DNA of 64,000 nt from the NCBI RefSeq assembly GCF_006345805.1, contig NC_042999.1, forward strand, positions 4,464,001 to 4,528,000. The letters run 5' to 3'. Positions 36,479 through 51,620 of the stretch are shown one piece after another. The translations under genes were made by a program, and so were the position numbers. The first letter of the stretch is position 1; every line of letters starts with the position of its first letter. The stretch comes from Octopus sinensis (taxonomy: Eukaryota). Under the pieces are notes generated by a model. The model made no database searches, was not told the origin of the DNA, and worked only from the letters and a program-made list of their open reading frames with translations.

Positions 36479-38300
36479 TATATATTTCTGTTTCATCTTT
36501 CCTTCCTCTGGCATGAAACTGAAATTTTAATCTTAACAAATGATGTCTAAATAAGCTTCTAGACACATTTTATCACAAGTGTGTGTGATTGAGCACTTTC
36601 ATGTTTCTTAAATGAAATAAAACCCCAAAATAAACACAATGCATGTAGTGCACTGTATCCTATATATTGCATGTGTATGTGATGCAGTCTTTACACATGC
36701 TACTCCATCATCAAACCTGGCAAAGGAAATATTTACTTTACATACATGAGGTACAATATACTTACACGTGCAACTACACACACACATGCACACGTGCTCA
36801 CTTGCACACATAGTTAATTAGTAAAAATTTAAGAAAACATTATCTCAGTATCTCCCTTAAACTCTGCCACCCAGGTGATATAAAGAAGCTTTATATTGGC
36901 CATTCAATATAATGTTGTGTTATACTTCACCAATACTTCTGTCTTCTACTTGATAACAGCTTGCATGTTTATAACCATATTTTTAAGAATACATATACTT
37001 AACACTATAATCTATTAGTTTCATATGTTATTTACTCCCTGAATAAAACATAACCCATAAAATTAAATAAACAATTGCTTATGGCAATAAAATAAAAACA
37101 GCTATGCCTTTGCTGAAAAGTAATTTGCCTAAGTAGAGTGTCTGAGTAAATAAAATGCGAGAATCATAGTTCAACAGGCTATAAATTCATATCCTATTTC
37201 AAGGAGATTTGTAGCCTGTAAGTATAGCCTCACAATTGGTCCTTTTTCTTTCTTTCCTTCTCGCTTTATTTATTGATGGATGCCATTCTTGGCACCGACC
37301 ATTGTGCTGGTGTGGCTTAGCTGTTTTTATCATAATGCCAGCAATAAAGCATTTGTACTTTCTGCTTTTAGATTTCTCTTTCTCTTGATGTTAGGATTAT
37401 TTTAGAATATCTGCTCTTTTTATCAATAGGGGTTTTCTGTAGGACTCTGGGCATTGTGTCTCACTTTTAATCAGAAAGAGTATAAATAGAGGGGTGTTTG
37501 GTAACTATATGAGAAAATATATATCTGCAAAAACAGTGGCATAGTGAAATATATTGTAATAAATGGAAAAAGCAAGGAAGAGAACAGCATGAAGTTAAGC
37601 CAATGGTATTGGCAGATTTTTTTATAGAGAAGCAATGAAATGATGACTCTGAGAATCACATGACTTCCTGTGCAAGTTGGGGGGGATTTTCTTCTGCCAA
37701 ATGTAACACTGTCTTAACACAGTTAAGCCATAAATAAAGGGTTGTTTAATGTTAAATGAATTAAAGAGAGAAATGGAGAGAGAGAGAGAGAGAAGTGATT
37801 CAGAAATAAGTATTAAAACAATGGTTACCAGAAATTGGGTCAGAATGGGAGAAAAACTGTGAAAGATTGACTCAGTTGATAATGTGGAAGAAAAATAGAT
37901 AACTATAATGTTCAGTAAGGCTACCTGAATAATGTGTCACAGGTTGATAGATAATAGGGGGCAGCAAGGGTAGAAATATGCTGAGTAAAAATTTATAGGA
38001 ATTTATTAAATATGTTCTCAGAATTTTAAGATTTATATATGATGTATTATGTGCAACTAGGATAAGAAGTGTGTTGTTGTGTAGCCATGTATAACATAAG
38101 CCAGCATAAAAAAAAATTTAGGACATGATGAAGATTACAAAAATTGTATCAGCCCTGTACTGAAACACAATGACTGTTTTTCAATTAATTTTGAAAATAA
38201 CAAAGAATTTAGTTAAATAAATTTGTCATTATTATGCTGATGTTTGAGACATAAATTAACATGTAATTCTGATGGAAAGTTCTAGTTCAGACCACTTTAA

Positions 38301-38521
38301 CCCTTTAGCATTTAAACCGGCCATATCCGGCCAAAAGTATTCTGCCTGTTTTATGTTCAAACTGGCCAGATCTGGTCTCTCACACCAACCCTACAATATC
38401 GTTTTAAAAATTAACAGCTACCTCATCAAAATCTCAAAGCTACAAGATAATGCATGATTAGTTCAAAACAACGTGGATGAAGAAGCATTAATTTTGGTAG
38501 AATAATGCTAACACTAAAGGG
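38301..38521. mobile_element. piggyBac-type MITE, 221 bp, nested in an older MITE
   Basis: TTAA|CCCTTTAG...CTAAAGGG|TTAA; nearly identical to 1281-1501. Confidence 0.92.
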
Positions 38522-40405
38522 TTAAAACAGAAAGTTTGTATCATAGATTCAGGGACAGTTTCAGGTAGAATAGTACCAAAAGGTCAAGGTTTTTCTTCTT
38601 TTCATTCTAGAATTAAGTTTAGCATAAAATCTATCTTACATTTCATAAGTAACCTCCACCTACTTTTCTTTGCAAACAAGAGGATTCATAATCAATTTAT
38701 AATGTTAATGATGTTTATTATGTTCACCTCTAAGGGGAAATTACCATGAAATGTGACTGACTCCAGTTGAAACTATGTTTCATTCTCTTAGAAGTGAATA
38801 CAGCAAACATCATTAATATTATAAAGTAAATTTATTATAATTCCCTTGTTTACAAAAAAGAGGGTTGGAACTAATGAAATATAAGATAAAGTGGAAAAAA
38901 GTTAAAATAAACATCAAAACTGTGATATTAAATATGGTTTTTGATCATAGTAAAGAGAAAACTATTCTGATAATTTCTGTGAAAAAATGTACTAAGTATA
39001 CTCCTACCCATAATATCACCAAAGAAAAATGGTTTTTAAATTCAAAAACTTTGTAAACAGAGTCATTTTATAAATAAGTATTAATGTATCGTATTTATTC
39101 ATTTTTTTTTATCTCTTCTACTTTCAAACTTAAGCTAAAGTCAATATAAATCAATAATTCTGTAGTCATAGCTATATTTTATATTTGTCATGTGAAAACT
39201 TAATATAATTTATAAATATTTCTTCTTCATTAAAAAAATAATCTTTGTAAAAATTAAAAGCATTATTTTGTTATTTCCATGTTGTGAAATATTTAACAGA
39301 AATGATGTTATAGTTATGGAGAAGGAAGTGGAAATATTTATCAATTAAGATTTTAAAAATTTATCTAATAGTTTTAAATCTGAAACTACCATGCATTGTG
39401 GTTGCGAAAATAACTGTGTTCAAGGTTGATGAGTTTGAATCTAAATTGAACCAAAGATTTTTTAGAAAAGTTAGCAATATTTTTCTTTTACATGGTTTAT
39501 AGAACTTTTTTTCTTCTTCTTCCAAAAATAATATTAAATTTACATGATTGCTTGAATCTTATCATGAGGTGTCATTATCTTCAAGAGGAAATAGTTCTTA
39601 AATTTTAAATTGCTTTGCAGGCTCTTAATTAAATCCAGAAATATTTGCCAAAAATTTAATTATTTCTTTACAAACGTCTTTGAAAATATTCTGTTGGTAG
39701 CACAACAGAAAATTGTTAATTCTAACTAAATTCACAGCTAGTCATCACTGCTGGAAGCACATTGAAAGAAAACATGCAAACTCCTTGTCTTCATTTTCTT
39801 AATAAACATGTACTCAAGGTTCACACTAGTTAAAGACGGTTGACTCAGTGTAAAATGTTTGTCAGTCGTGAATGTGAAAGGGCATGGCCTAGTAGCTAAG
39901 GTGACTGCAAGACTGTGGTTTCAATCCCTGGACCAGGTAGTGCATTGTATTCTTGAGCAGAGTGCTTCATTTCACATTGATCTGTGATCACTTCAGTCAT
40001 GTAGTACACTGTGCATCTGTTCAAACAATGCCAGTACGATGGAGGGAGCAAGCTAATGTACAGTCCATACATCTGACCACAAACCATTTGTGCCAATTTG
40101 TCAACAAGAAATCATCTTTCTCAGTAATGAATAACTTAACCATAAAAGCAGATGTTAGATATGGGGTTGTACAAATAAATAAGTTACCTTCGATTCAATC
40201 TAAGATGAAATAAGATTGTTAACTGTATCATCCTAATTCTGTTCTGCTTCCAATGGAGCTGAAAATAGAGTTTGTTTTAAAGATGAGAAATAACACATTA
40301 GTATAAAGAGACTGCATAATAGAATGCTTTCCACTGTAATACATGTGATTATAAAGTAACGAGTTTGTTTAACTCTTTTGATGCTAACCTATCTGAGAGC
40401 ACCTT

Positions 40406-40770
40406 CATCATCATCATCATCATCATCGTTTAGCGTCCGCTTTCCATGCTAGCATGGGTTGGACGATTCAACTGGGTTCTGGGAAGCCAGAAGGCTGCAT
40501 CAGGCCCAGTTTGATCTGGCAATGTTTCTACGGCTGGATGCCCTTCCTAACGCCAACCACTCCGTGAGTGTAGTGGGTGCTTTTTACGTGCCACCGGCAC
40601 GGAGACCAGACAAAGCTGGCAACGGCCACGATCGGATGGTGCTTTTTATGTGCCACCGGCACGGGGGCCAGGCGAGGCTGGCAACGGCCACGAACGGATG
40701 GTGCTTTTTACGTGCCACCAGCATGAGGCCAGTCGGGGCGGCGCTGGCAGTGGCTACGAACGGATGGTGC
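40406..40770 (-). mobile_element. Retroposon family D nested in a piggyBac-like MITE (~40369-40939)
   Basis: (CAT)n tail and tandem subrepeats; host ends TTAA|CTCTTT...AAAGGG|TTAA. Confidence 0.85.
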
Positions 40771-41870
40771 TTGTTTTAAAGCGATCTAGATTAAAACCTT
40801 TAAAATTCCATGTTAGTTTATGATCCAAATGCCAATTCAATAATGACAAAGTTATTTTACGAAATTCTTCATTATTTTCAAAACTAATTTAAACAAAGAC
40901 AGTGTGTTGCAACATAAATCTGGTTTTGAAAAGGGTTAAAGTTTTTTAGAAAGGTATGAATGTTGAAATGGTCAGAACTTATATTCTTGGTATTAATAAG
41001 GATAATCACACAGAATGTTATACATGCTACTAAAAGTGAAGTATTTTGCTACATCTAATATATTAAAACATGAGATGTAGAAATATTTATTCTGTATCAT
41101 CCTTGCATGTGTGTTAACTACCCTATTACCAATACATTATGTGTATATATAATGTATATAATATAATATATATATATACATATATACATCTATATGTATA
41201 TGTATATATAATCTCTGTGTGTGTGTGTGTGTGTATGTTCAGATGGGGAAATAATTAGCATATGTTAATGTTGAAGATTTGCATATTAATAATTAATGAT
41301 AATATTGTTTGTGCCACTTAAAATTTACATATTGGAATAATATTTTGTCTAGCAACTGATGATATCCTTTGAGGATGTGTACTGAAAATGATGAAATTAT
41401 ATAAAAAATTCCATTTTAATTATTTAATCGCAAAAGCATTTTACCTTTACCCATTTCAACCAGAAGCTGTCGCCATGCTGGAGCAATGCCATTACTGTTT
41501 AATTTATTTTCTGAGGTGTCAAAATTTTTATCCCATTGCTGTGAGCTGATCATTGATACAGCAAAGAAATCATTGGAGAGTGAACTCAACAGTTTTTTTC
41601 TTTCATGTAATTGCTAAAAATTAATGTAGCACGCTGTCAGTATCTTTAGCAAGCTGGAAAAAATGTTTTGTGACAGTTCTACCAACTTTACATTCTTAGT
41701 TCCAATGCCACCAGGGTTGACACTGCCTTCCATCTTTTTTTGCGGGGGTCGATGTAATCAGTTTCCCACTCCCCCACCTTCACTCCCGAAATTGCTGGCC
41801 TTGTGCCAAAATTTGAAACTAATTAAAGAAAGAACTTTATCTTGTTTTTTTTTTTGTTGTTCTATTTCAG

Positions 41871-41969
41871 GAAGAAGGAAGCGTAAATGCCCAGACAACA
41901 GTTGGACACAGTGCAGTATTACTATCTATGCTACCACTCTTTTCATCTTACTGGTCGCTGTACTTATAG
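41871..41969 (+). CDS. CACNA2D3: alpha2/delta terminal coding exon with a hydrophobic membrane/GPI-anchor tail; frame ambiguous (alternative stop at 42040)
   Basis: Long T tract then tctatttcag|. Phase 0 reads EEGSVNAQTTVGHSAVLLSMLPLFSSYWSLYL*. The overlapping frame reads RKCPDNSWTQCSITIYATTLFILLVAVLIAENN...*. Confidence 0.7.
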   Translation, partial: EEGSVNAQTTVGHSAVLLSMLPLFSSYWSLYL

Positions 41970-42091
41970 CAGAGAATAATTTAAATTCATTCATGCATGC
42001 AAATTGGCTGACAGATGTACAGACATACATGCACACATAAAACACTAACATACACAAGTGTTTAGCGTGCATGTGCTCATATTCAAATGTA

Positions 42092-42122
<31 letters not shown>

Positions 42123-42524
42123 TTGCATACGCGTACGAAGGAGATATCTATCTTATGTGCATACATATAGATGCGCATGTATACATATATACGCTCACAC
42201 AACAATGCATGTATGGATGTATAGAAATAGACAGCATCATCCCAGGGTGGTCATTTTCCAAGGCCAGCAGGTGATGGAAATGCCTTTAAACCTTCCCTCA
42301 ACCATGTTTATGTATAAACAAAAGAGGACCAAAATGTAAACTAAAAACTTGGATATTAACCAATATTTTTCTATTTTTCTGCTTCTTATCAATGACCAGT
42401 GTTGATAAGGTGATCTACACACGGTTACTGGTCAGTGTGCTGAGTCCTTCTATTGTCCTGCCCCTTATAAAATCATGCCACACCACATCAACTGCTCAAA
42501 TAGGTTTGGCTTGATCAGATTTTA

Positions 42525-42525
42525 C

Positions 42526-42572
<47 letters not shown>

Positions 42573-42638
42573 TATATATATGTGTATATATATGTATATA
42601 TGTAAATATATATATATATATGTATATATGTGTGTATA

Positions 42639-42681
<43 letters not shown>

Positions 42682-42970
42682 TTGTGTATACATATATATG
42701 TATATATATATGTATATACATGTATATATATATGTTTATGTATATATGTGTGTATATATATATATTTATATATATGTGTGTATATATATATATTTATATA
42801 TATATATATGTCTATATATATATATGTATGTATTTATATATATATGTATATATACATATATATATATACATGTATACATATATGCATATATATGTATATA
42901 TGCATATATATATATACATGTATACATATATGCATGTATGTGTGTATATATATGTAATTATATATATATG

Positions 42971-43011
<41 letters not shown>

Positions 43012-43090
43012 TCATATATATGTGTGTGTACATGTATATATATATATATATATATACATATATATACACACACACATATATACATACATG
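42525..43090. repeat. Long degenerate (TA)n/(TG)n tract; similar tracts at ~44190-45130, ~45540-45865 and ~52330-52710
   Basis: Seen directly; source of the YI-rich spurious ORFs. Confidence 0.95.
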
Positions 43091-43917
43091 ACATTTCTTT
43101 CCTGCCTAAAATAAATAAATAATAATGTGATCCCTTCATATCATGCTCACTATATCCTTCCTTGCTTTTTACACTGGAAACCTCCCGTGAAACAGTCCCT
43201 AAAAGTTTAGTTCCTGGAGAAAACAAGAAGTGTAAACAAGAACATATAAAAAAAAAACACAGGAAACCAAAGACAAGATATTTGAAATGGTGAAATAAGA
43301 TATAGAACACAGAAACAAAAAAATATATTAATATCTAATAGAATGGAATATAATCACCAAAATTGATGGGGGTATATATATATATATGACAATCAGTAAA
43401 CTGCAAAAAAGAAAGCAAAACAGTGGAGAAAAAATCAACCATAATTAAAAAGAAACTAAATAAATTATTTGATTTTTTAAATGTATTTATGAAAAAAACC
43501 TCAAAAAGCCATTTTCTGTTTTTTGTTTTTTTTTTTTGGAAATTTATTTTATTTGTTTTATTTATTTATTTCTAGCTTTTAATGGAATCTTGTCACCATG
43601 TTACTCCACACTGGTTCCTGAAATATTAAATATCCATATAAACATTATGTCAAAGAGAGAACCAATTACTCCAATATCAATGTCTCTTTTATAGAAGAAT
43701 TTCTTTTCTTTTTTTTTTTAATTTCAAATCTTTATTTAAACTTAGCTTTTAAAAAACGAAATTTTATTTAAACTAGTCATAAAATTCCAAGCAGATTCTT
43801 TCTCCAATGATAAATTTCTGTCTTGCATGAATACAAGATAATGTTGGCTTTTGTCAAAAGAGTGGCATATTTATACATACATATATGTGTGTGTGAGTGT
43901 GTGTATGTGTGTGTGTG

Positions 43918-43964
<47 letters not shown>

Positions 43965-44281
43965 TATATATGCATTCACACATACCCACACAATGTACAC
44001 ACACACACACATATATATGATGACATACATGATGTATATAGAAATGGAACTTTATATGTAGGTATGTATAACATTCTACATACAGTTTCTGTCACCTCCA
44101 TGTAGTGTAGTAAAAAACAACTGAATTAGAAATCCTTGTTCAGGTATATACGCACATTTCTAAGTACTGAGAGAATTTGAGAAAGCCTATATATATATAT
44201 GCATATGTATATAAAATCATATATATGTATATATATATATATATATGCATGTTATCATGTGTATATATATATATAATATAT

Positions 44282-44330
<49 letters not shown>

Positions 44331-44331
44331 G

Positions 44332-44402
<71 letters not shown>

Positions 44403-44578
44403 GTGTTTAAGTACCTGTGGGTATCTGTGCATTTGGAAACATTTATACATTTGGCACGTAACATATACACTGTATACATACTTTACAGACATATCCATAC
44501 CGTGCATTTGACGAAGCTAGCTTGTATGGAAAGAGGTGAAATTGAATAAGGGCAGCAGACCCTTATTTGTTTGTTGTG

Positions 44579-44646
<68 letters not shown>

Positions 44647-44948
44647 CGTGTGTATGTATGTATGTACACATTTGCATATATATATATGTATCATATAAAT
44701 TTATATGTATATAAATTCACACACACACATATATATATATAGATATGCATATATATGCATAATATATATATGTACATATATGTAAAAGTGCATTTGAATA
44801 TATATAAATGTATGCATATATTTGTGTGTGCACATATATATATATATATTTATAGATATATATATGTGTACAAGTATATACATGTGTGTATATATATATG
44901 TGTATATTTATTTATATGTATGTATAAATATATACATATAAGTGTATA

Positions 44949-44984
<36 letters not shown>

Positions 44985-45793
44985 AATATGTATGTCCATA
45001 TACACGTGAGTATATACATATTTATGGATGTGTGCATGTATATGTTTATGTATATACATGAGCATGCAAGCATGTGTGTGTGCATGTATATACATGCATA
45101 TATGTATACGTGTGTTGTGTGTGTGTGTGTGCAGGGGTATATATGTCACTACTGTGTTGTGGTGCCAGACTAAACTATGTGTGAAGAAGACTACTTCCAT
45201 AGGCAAGCGATTTTCTATTACATCCCACTGTACTTAGGTAGATGTCACATACCTTAGGTATGTTGTTTGATCTTCTGAAGACTCAGGCTGCTTGGTGAGT
45301 GGAATCCTGTTGTTTGTGTGTGTAAGTAAGGGAATTGCTTATATATTGGTGCATTGAACAGAAAATACCTTGTGATATTTTGTTTGCTGAAATACATCCC
45401 TTGAAAAGTCATTCAATAGAATAATTGATAGAATAAACACCAGACAATGTACTGGAACCAATGGAATTGACTAAAATGCTTCAGGGTGGTACCTGTACAT
45501 GGCCATATCACAGTGAATGAGACAAGTAAAAGAAATAAATGTATATATATATATATAAAGATAGATATATATATATATACATATAAGGATAGATATGTAT
45601 GTATTTATATAGAGATAGATATGTATGTATTTACATATATAAAGATGTATGTATCTGTATATATGTATTATATATTATATATATATATATATATACATAT
45701 ATACTACCACACACTTATAAATATGTGTGTATATATATATGCATCCTTCCTTTATGTATGTGTATATGTATTTATCTTCCTTTATGTATTATG

Positions 45794-45843
<50 letters not shown>

Positions 45844-45946
45844 ATATAATATATATATATATATAAAGGATGGACAAGGAATCATACATGTAAGATGTTA
45901 CATATATTTACAGAATGTAAATATGTGTAACATATGTATATATAGA

Positions 45947-45982
<36 letters not shown>

Positions 45983-48900
45983 ACAATTAAGGACCAAGTT
46001 TCTAGTGGATTCTTCCAACACTATAAAAATTTCAATAAACTTTTAAGAAAGTAAAGAAACTGGGGACAAGATATATCTGAAGGATGTCATAACTGTTTCA
46101 TTTGTGAAAAAACATTTTTTTTTTTTCATTGTTATTGGCCCTACTACTGTGAAACAGTTGAATTTATTTGTTATAATCACCAATAGCAGTATTTCTTATT
46201 GGGATAATGGCAATGGTGCTGGAGAATTATTATAGAATAACAGGAATAATTGACTCTGCTTATCACATCACATTATAGATATGGATATAGAAGTCAGCAA
46301 ATTATGAAATATCAGCTAAAATGTGTTTTGTTAGCAGCTTTCCAAGCATTGAGTTGAATAGCAAAAGTCTTTCCTTTATAAATATCTTTGAATACTAAAG
46401 AGGGCAGATGAAAATGCTAAAGACCTCTTTTTTTCCCTCGTTATTATTCTCCTATAATACCATTTTTCTTATGGTATTATACCATAGAATGTCAAAGTAA
46501 GGATGGTCTCTAACAGTAACTAGAAATATATTAAGTATTAGGTTTATAAATTTTATCAAGGCTCTTTACCTAGCATCCTCCTTGTACACTTCAACAATCC
46601 TTTTCTGTATGAAGTTTTCCTCAGTTTAGACATATAAACGATAGAAGCCTGTATTCTTCTGCTAATCAAAAATGAAAAGCATTAATTATTCTAATGAGCA
46701 CTTTTCCAGGAATTAACAGAAGAGTTATTTCTCTCTATTTTGACACAATGAAGGGTCACTTTTTTTTTCTCATACATACTCTACAATTCTTTTTTTTTTT
46801 TCGACTTAGGGATTTTTCCTGTTTAACCCTGCCATATTACATTGTTTCCCCTACCTTTTGACCACTGTGATATCTCCAGCTTTTAGCATAATCAGCCTTT
46901 ATGCCATTGAAACCAACAAATTTGTGATTCTTAGTCATTCTTTGGATTGCTTCTGATTCTGTGATACATCAAGATCCTCAGCATTTTAATTACTACAAAT
47001 GATGGCTGTCACCCAACTGCAAGGGTCCAGTTCATCTTTTTAGTTGGTGTTGTTGTTCTCTTCATAGATTTCCACCATTTCTTGATGTAAATGATTTACA
47101 TCTTCTTATATTTCTTGATATTTTCTGTACATTATTAAAATATTAATTCTCATATCTCCTTTACTTTCACACTTGGAGAAACTACTTGATCTTGAAGCTT
47201 GTTTTCTCTTGTCGTGTTTTTCACTGCCTTCAAATTATTCAACTTTCTTCATATGCTTACTCATTGAAACTCATTCTCTAATGAGCAGTCTTCAGAGACA
47301 AAGAATTTTTTTTTTACAGCCTTCAATTAATTTCTCTGTGACATCATATATTCATTTCAATCCAACTAATATATTTTTATTAGCTTTTTCCAATTAAAAT
47401 AGTTTCCCAAGTAACTCCAAAGATTAGAGGTACTAGTGAGATGTTTTAGTATGAAAGTAAGCAAATTTCAAGAATTTTTATGGGTAAGTGTCTTTGTGTT
47501 AAATTTTATGAACTAATCTGTTGGTTCTTTAACATTTACTGCAGTAAAGAGGTCATCACCTTAATCAAACAACCTTTAAATAATAGAGTCTCTACATGGT
47601 TGATCAACTCTGCTAGAAATAACAACCAAATCTCTCTTAGCTCTCACCCTACTATCTTAAAGGAAGAAGGAGTCCTACCTTAATTCTAAATTTATTGTCC
47701 AAAGAAAAGATAGGATGGTCATTGCTGTAACATTTTCAATCACTGGTCTGTTTGATCAGGACAGACTTGCAGCTAAGTAATGTTTGTCTCCTTTAGATTT
47801 TGAATAAATTAATTTATAATTTATAGAATATATTAACCTAATTCAAGAAAATATGCCATACCAGTTTCTGTTCAGAGGCCATACTTATAAATTATTAACA
47901 AAACCTTTTAGTTCTGTTGGAGCATTACTAATTTGTGTATTAAGATATCCTGTAATAATTAGGTTGTTCTGCTTTGGATAAATTCTATAGTTGATGATAG
48001 AAAATTTGTTTCCATGAAAATATTCATAACACTGAATCAGAAGTTATTTTTGCTTAAGAGGATATCAATCTTATCATTAACCATTCATTCTCTGATATCC
48101 AATCGATAGCACCATGACCCAGAATTATAGCCACTCCTTCCATTCCAATATTGTTATTCTTCCTTCAGAAGAAACCAGTCTCTTTTTACCAGGAAAATTT
48201 CTTCAAGCCTGAATTCTCTAAAAACCCATTATTTTTAGATGACAATTCTCTATTTATTTTGATAATCTCACCTATTTGGTGGCTGTCTGAGATAAAGTCC
48301 AGTAAACTCAATCCTGCTGATATTCTTGGCCGTTCAAATATTGTCTTTCAAACTAGAAACATCTTTTATGAAGCTTTCATCATTAGTTTCCTTTGATCTT
48401 TTGGAAAATATCATCTGCAGTCACTAGAGATTTGTAAAAAAAAAATGGTTTTTCATAAACATTTTATTTGCTCTTCTTTGTTTTAACTAAAATTTCCCAT
48501 GGAGTGAATCCCCAAATGATAAAATTAATCTAGCACTCATTTTCTGTCAGTTTAGCCAGAAAGCTGCACAACATCTAATTGTCTAGATTAGCAGCTATTG
48601 CCCAGATAAACATTATCATTATTAATTTCATTTTCCTCCATACAACAAAAGACAACAGCCTTTTTTTTCTTTACTGTTTCCCTGATCAAAATATGGCCAA
48701 ATATTTCACTGAATCATTCTCAGTTAATGTGTGTCATAATTTTCTCATGATTCTAGTGATTGGGAAAATAGCTGTTTCTTCTGGGTTTTTTTGGTTTTTT
48801 TAAAGAGGTTTTAAAACATAATTTGGATAACTTTTATCAGATGATAATCAACAACAGATATTCTCAGAATAACAACAAACATAAAGGGCATGGTTTGATC

Positions 48901-49327
48901 CCAATATGCAGCTAGTAAATCAAAGTTGATGCTGCTATGAAACACAACTAGGATCTCATGCAAAACACGACGGCATAAACACCAGTAATAAACTGAGGCA
49001 CAAACACAAAGACATACACACATGTATATACAACAGGCTTCAACACAGTTTCTGTCTACTAAACTCACTCACAAAGCATTGGTCAGCCCGGACCTAATCA
49101 AGACAGTTTTCCAATTCCAAAGGTAAGATGAACTAGTCAGACATTTTAATGTAAAACTCAGTATATTTAAAATGTTCTTATAAATAAATGCCTTTGTGTT
49201 AGAAAAATTTATGAATTAATCATTAATATTTACTGTTAAACATCCATTGTCAGATATTCGTAAAGAGGTCATTACCTTAATCAAACAACCTTTAAACAAT
49301 AGAGCCTCTACATGGTTGATCAAATCT

Positions 49328-49373
49328 ACTAGAAATAGTTGCCAACTCTCTTGAGTTGGCAACTATTTCTAGT
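49328..49373. repeat. Perfect 21-bp hairpin with 4-nt loop
   Basis: ACTAGAAATAGTTGCCAACTC-TCTT-GAGTTGGCAACTATTTCTAGT. Confidence 0.95.
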
Positions 49374-51553
49374 GATCCTTGACAAACCCTAAATAAACAT
49401 ATTGGCTAGAATTATGTTTTATGTTAGATATATATAATCCACTTGAAATACTATCAATTGCAACCACTTGGTACAACCACTTGGGTATACAGATATATCT
49501 AAGAAGACTGGCTGAAGATTGGTATAATTCTCATATATACTATTTTGGGGAATATTTATAATTTAATGTTTCACTTGTGGAAGTGCATGGCTTTATGGTT
49601 AGGATGTTGAACTCATGATCGTACGATTGTGGTTTCAATTCCAGAACTGAGTGCTGTGTTGTGTTCTTGAGCAAAACGATTTCACATTGTTCCAGTCCAC
49701 TTAACTGATGAAAATTAGTAATCCTGCGACAGACCAGCGTCCTGTCCATGGATGAATAAATACACCAGAGAATCTGTGAAACCGGACCCATGCTCCTTAT
49801 GGAGTAATGTGGACTAACCAATGTTTCATTTGGTTTGGGGATTCTCTCAAACTCTAGATTCATACTTCTAAAACAAATGTCCCAGACCGGATCCTTCTCT
49901 CCCACCACCACCACCAAAAATTACCATCTAGCTAATTAGCAAAAGCTTACTTAACCAGAACATGTTACAACCAGCACTGACTCACAAAGGAACTATATCT
50001 TCTACCTACCTCTTTTACCCCAGCTGCAACAAACTCTGATCCTCTGAACAAACAAGCTGTATACCACCTCTACTCAAGAGACCACTTGATATAATACATT
50101 TACCCATCTGTCCCTCCTTCATCATCCCGACTGTGCTGCCCCATCCCAACCCAGCTCTCACTTTGCCCAGAATCCGAAACCTACATACTCCATCCCACCT
50201 TGACCCCCATCTTTCCTGCACATATTGACATACCGAAGTTCAAATTAACCTCAACCCCTATCACTCTCACCTATCTTTGAGCCCCTACACATGCCTTCAA
50301 CCTTCTCTCCTTGCTACTTAATAAAAACAACACTTAAAAGGAAAAAACAAAAAAACAAACTTACTATTTAATAAAAATAAAATAAAATTGCTAATGGCAT
50401 CATTCGAAACCTAAATTTAATTATTGAAGTTAATTACATAAATATTCCATCAATGTTAAGCAAGAACAGCCCTTAAGTTATAACATTTTCAAAAAAAATT
50501 ACAACAATGAATCCTTTTGTAGAGAAATATTAAGTAGTACTATTGGAATTGTCTGATAATTATTAGTCAAAATCCAATTCACTTCCTTCTCTAAAAGAAC
50601 AATAAGATTATTCCTGAAAATCTTCACAAACGAAGGTTGTTTAAATATAAAGGTTATCCAACAAGTCATTGACTTTCTCTTTTATATTCCATAGAATTGG
50701 TTTTAACCTTGAAAAAAGGTATGAAGCACTGAACAGCAGCTATGTTTAGGTTGGTTCTTTCAGTATCTATTGGTTATCTAATAACAGAAGTTTCTCAGTT
50801 GATTCATAGAATCATCACAGTCAAATTCTTGGATCAAAATCTTCTAACCCTTTTTGTTATATTTCTATTGAAATATATGTTTTTGTTTCAATTAACTTTG
50901 AATATAACGAATAATTTAATAAAATAACTGTCATTAATAAGCTAGTTTGGGACATGAAATTTTGATGGTAGATTTTAATTTAAATCCCTTTAAAACATGA
51001 AATTTGTATCATAGAATTAGGGATGGTCTCCGGCAGGTTGTTATTAAAAGGCTTAAAGGCTAACTGGGTAGCAAGTTTGGGTTTTTCTTTTTTGCTTTTT
51101 GTTTGTGTTTTGTAGGATTCTTTTATCATAATTATTTATTTTTTTACATTCTTGTCTTCAGAATTTAGGTTACTCTGGTTTTGATCATGAGAGTTCTTGA
51201 CAATCTCTTCCAAACAAAGGAGATTTGAGCAAATTATTTAAGTTGACACGGACCTCCTATTTTTATACTGTCACTTTGTCCATAGAGGAACAGCTTTTAG
51301 TTTTAAATGTAGATTTTGTCCTTGATAACAAAACAGGTGTTTGTCAAACTTGTATGAAAGAGAGAAACAGAATTAGATTATATCAGGTGTCAAAAATGCA
51401 ATAAAGATTTTTGGATGTCTGTTGGAAAATTGGAAAAAAAGAATGAAAAGTAAATAGTTGTGCTAAAAATGGGTTTTAGATGCAACATGTACAACGGTGA
51501 AGATTTGGTTGGAGGATTGAGCAGATATCATGGGGAATGTGAAGGTGACTTTG

Positions 51554-51564
51554 ACGATGACGAC

Positions 51565-51618
<54 letters not shown>
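51554..51618. repeat. (GAT)n microsatellite
   Basis: Seen directly. Confidence 0.95.

Positions 51619-51620
<2 letters not shown>

Noticed and set aside
36851-36874. CCCTTAAAC...CCAG as another U12 acceptor
   Set aside because: Weaker branch match, and the downstream frame stops quickly without alpha2delta similarity.
46500-48800. Strand-biased sequence that might be a decayed minus-strand coding region
   Set aside because: Frequent stops and no recognisable domain by eye; it needs tBLASTx.
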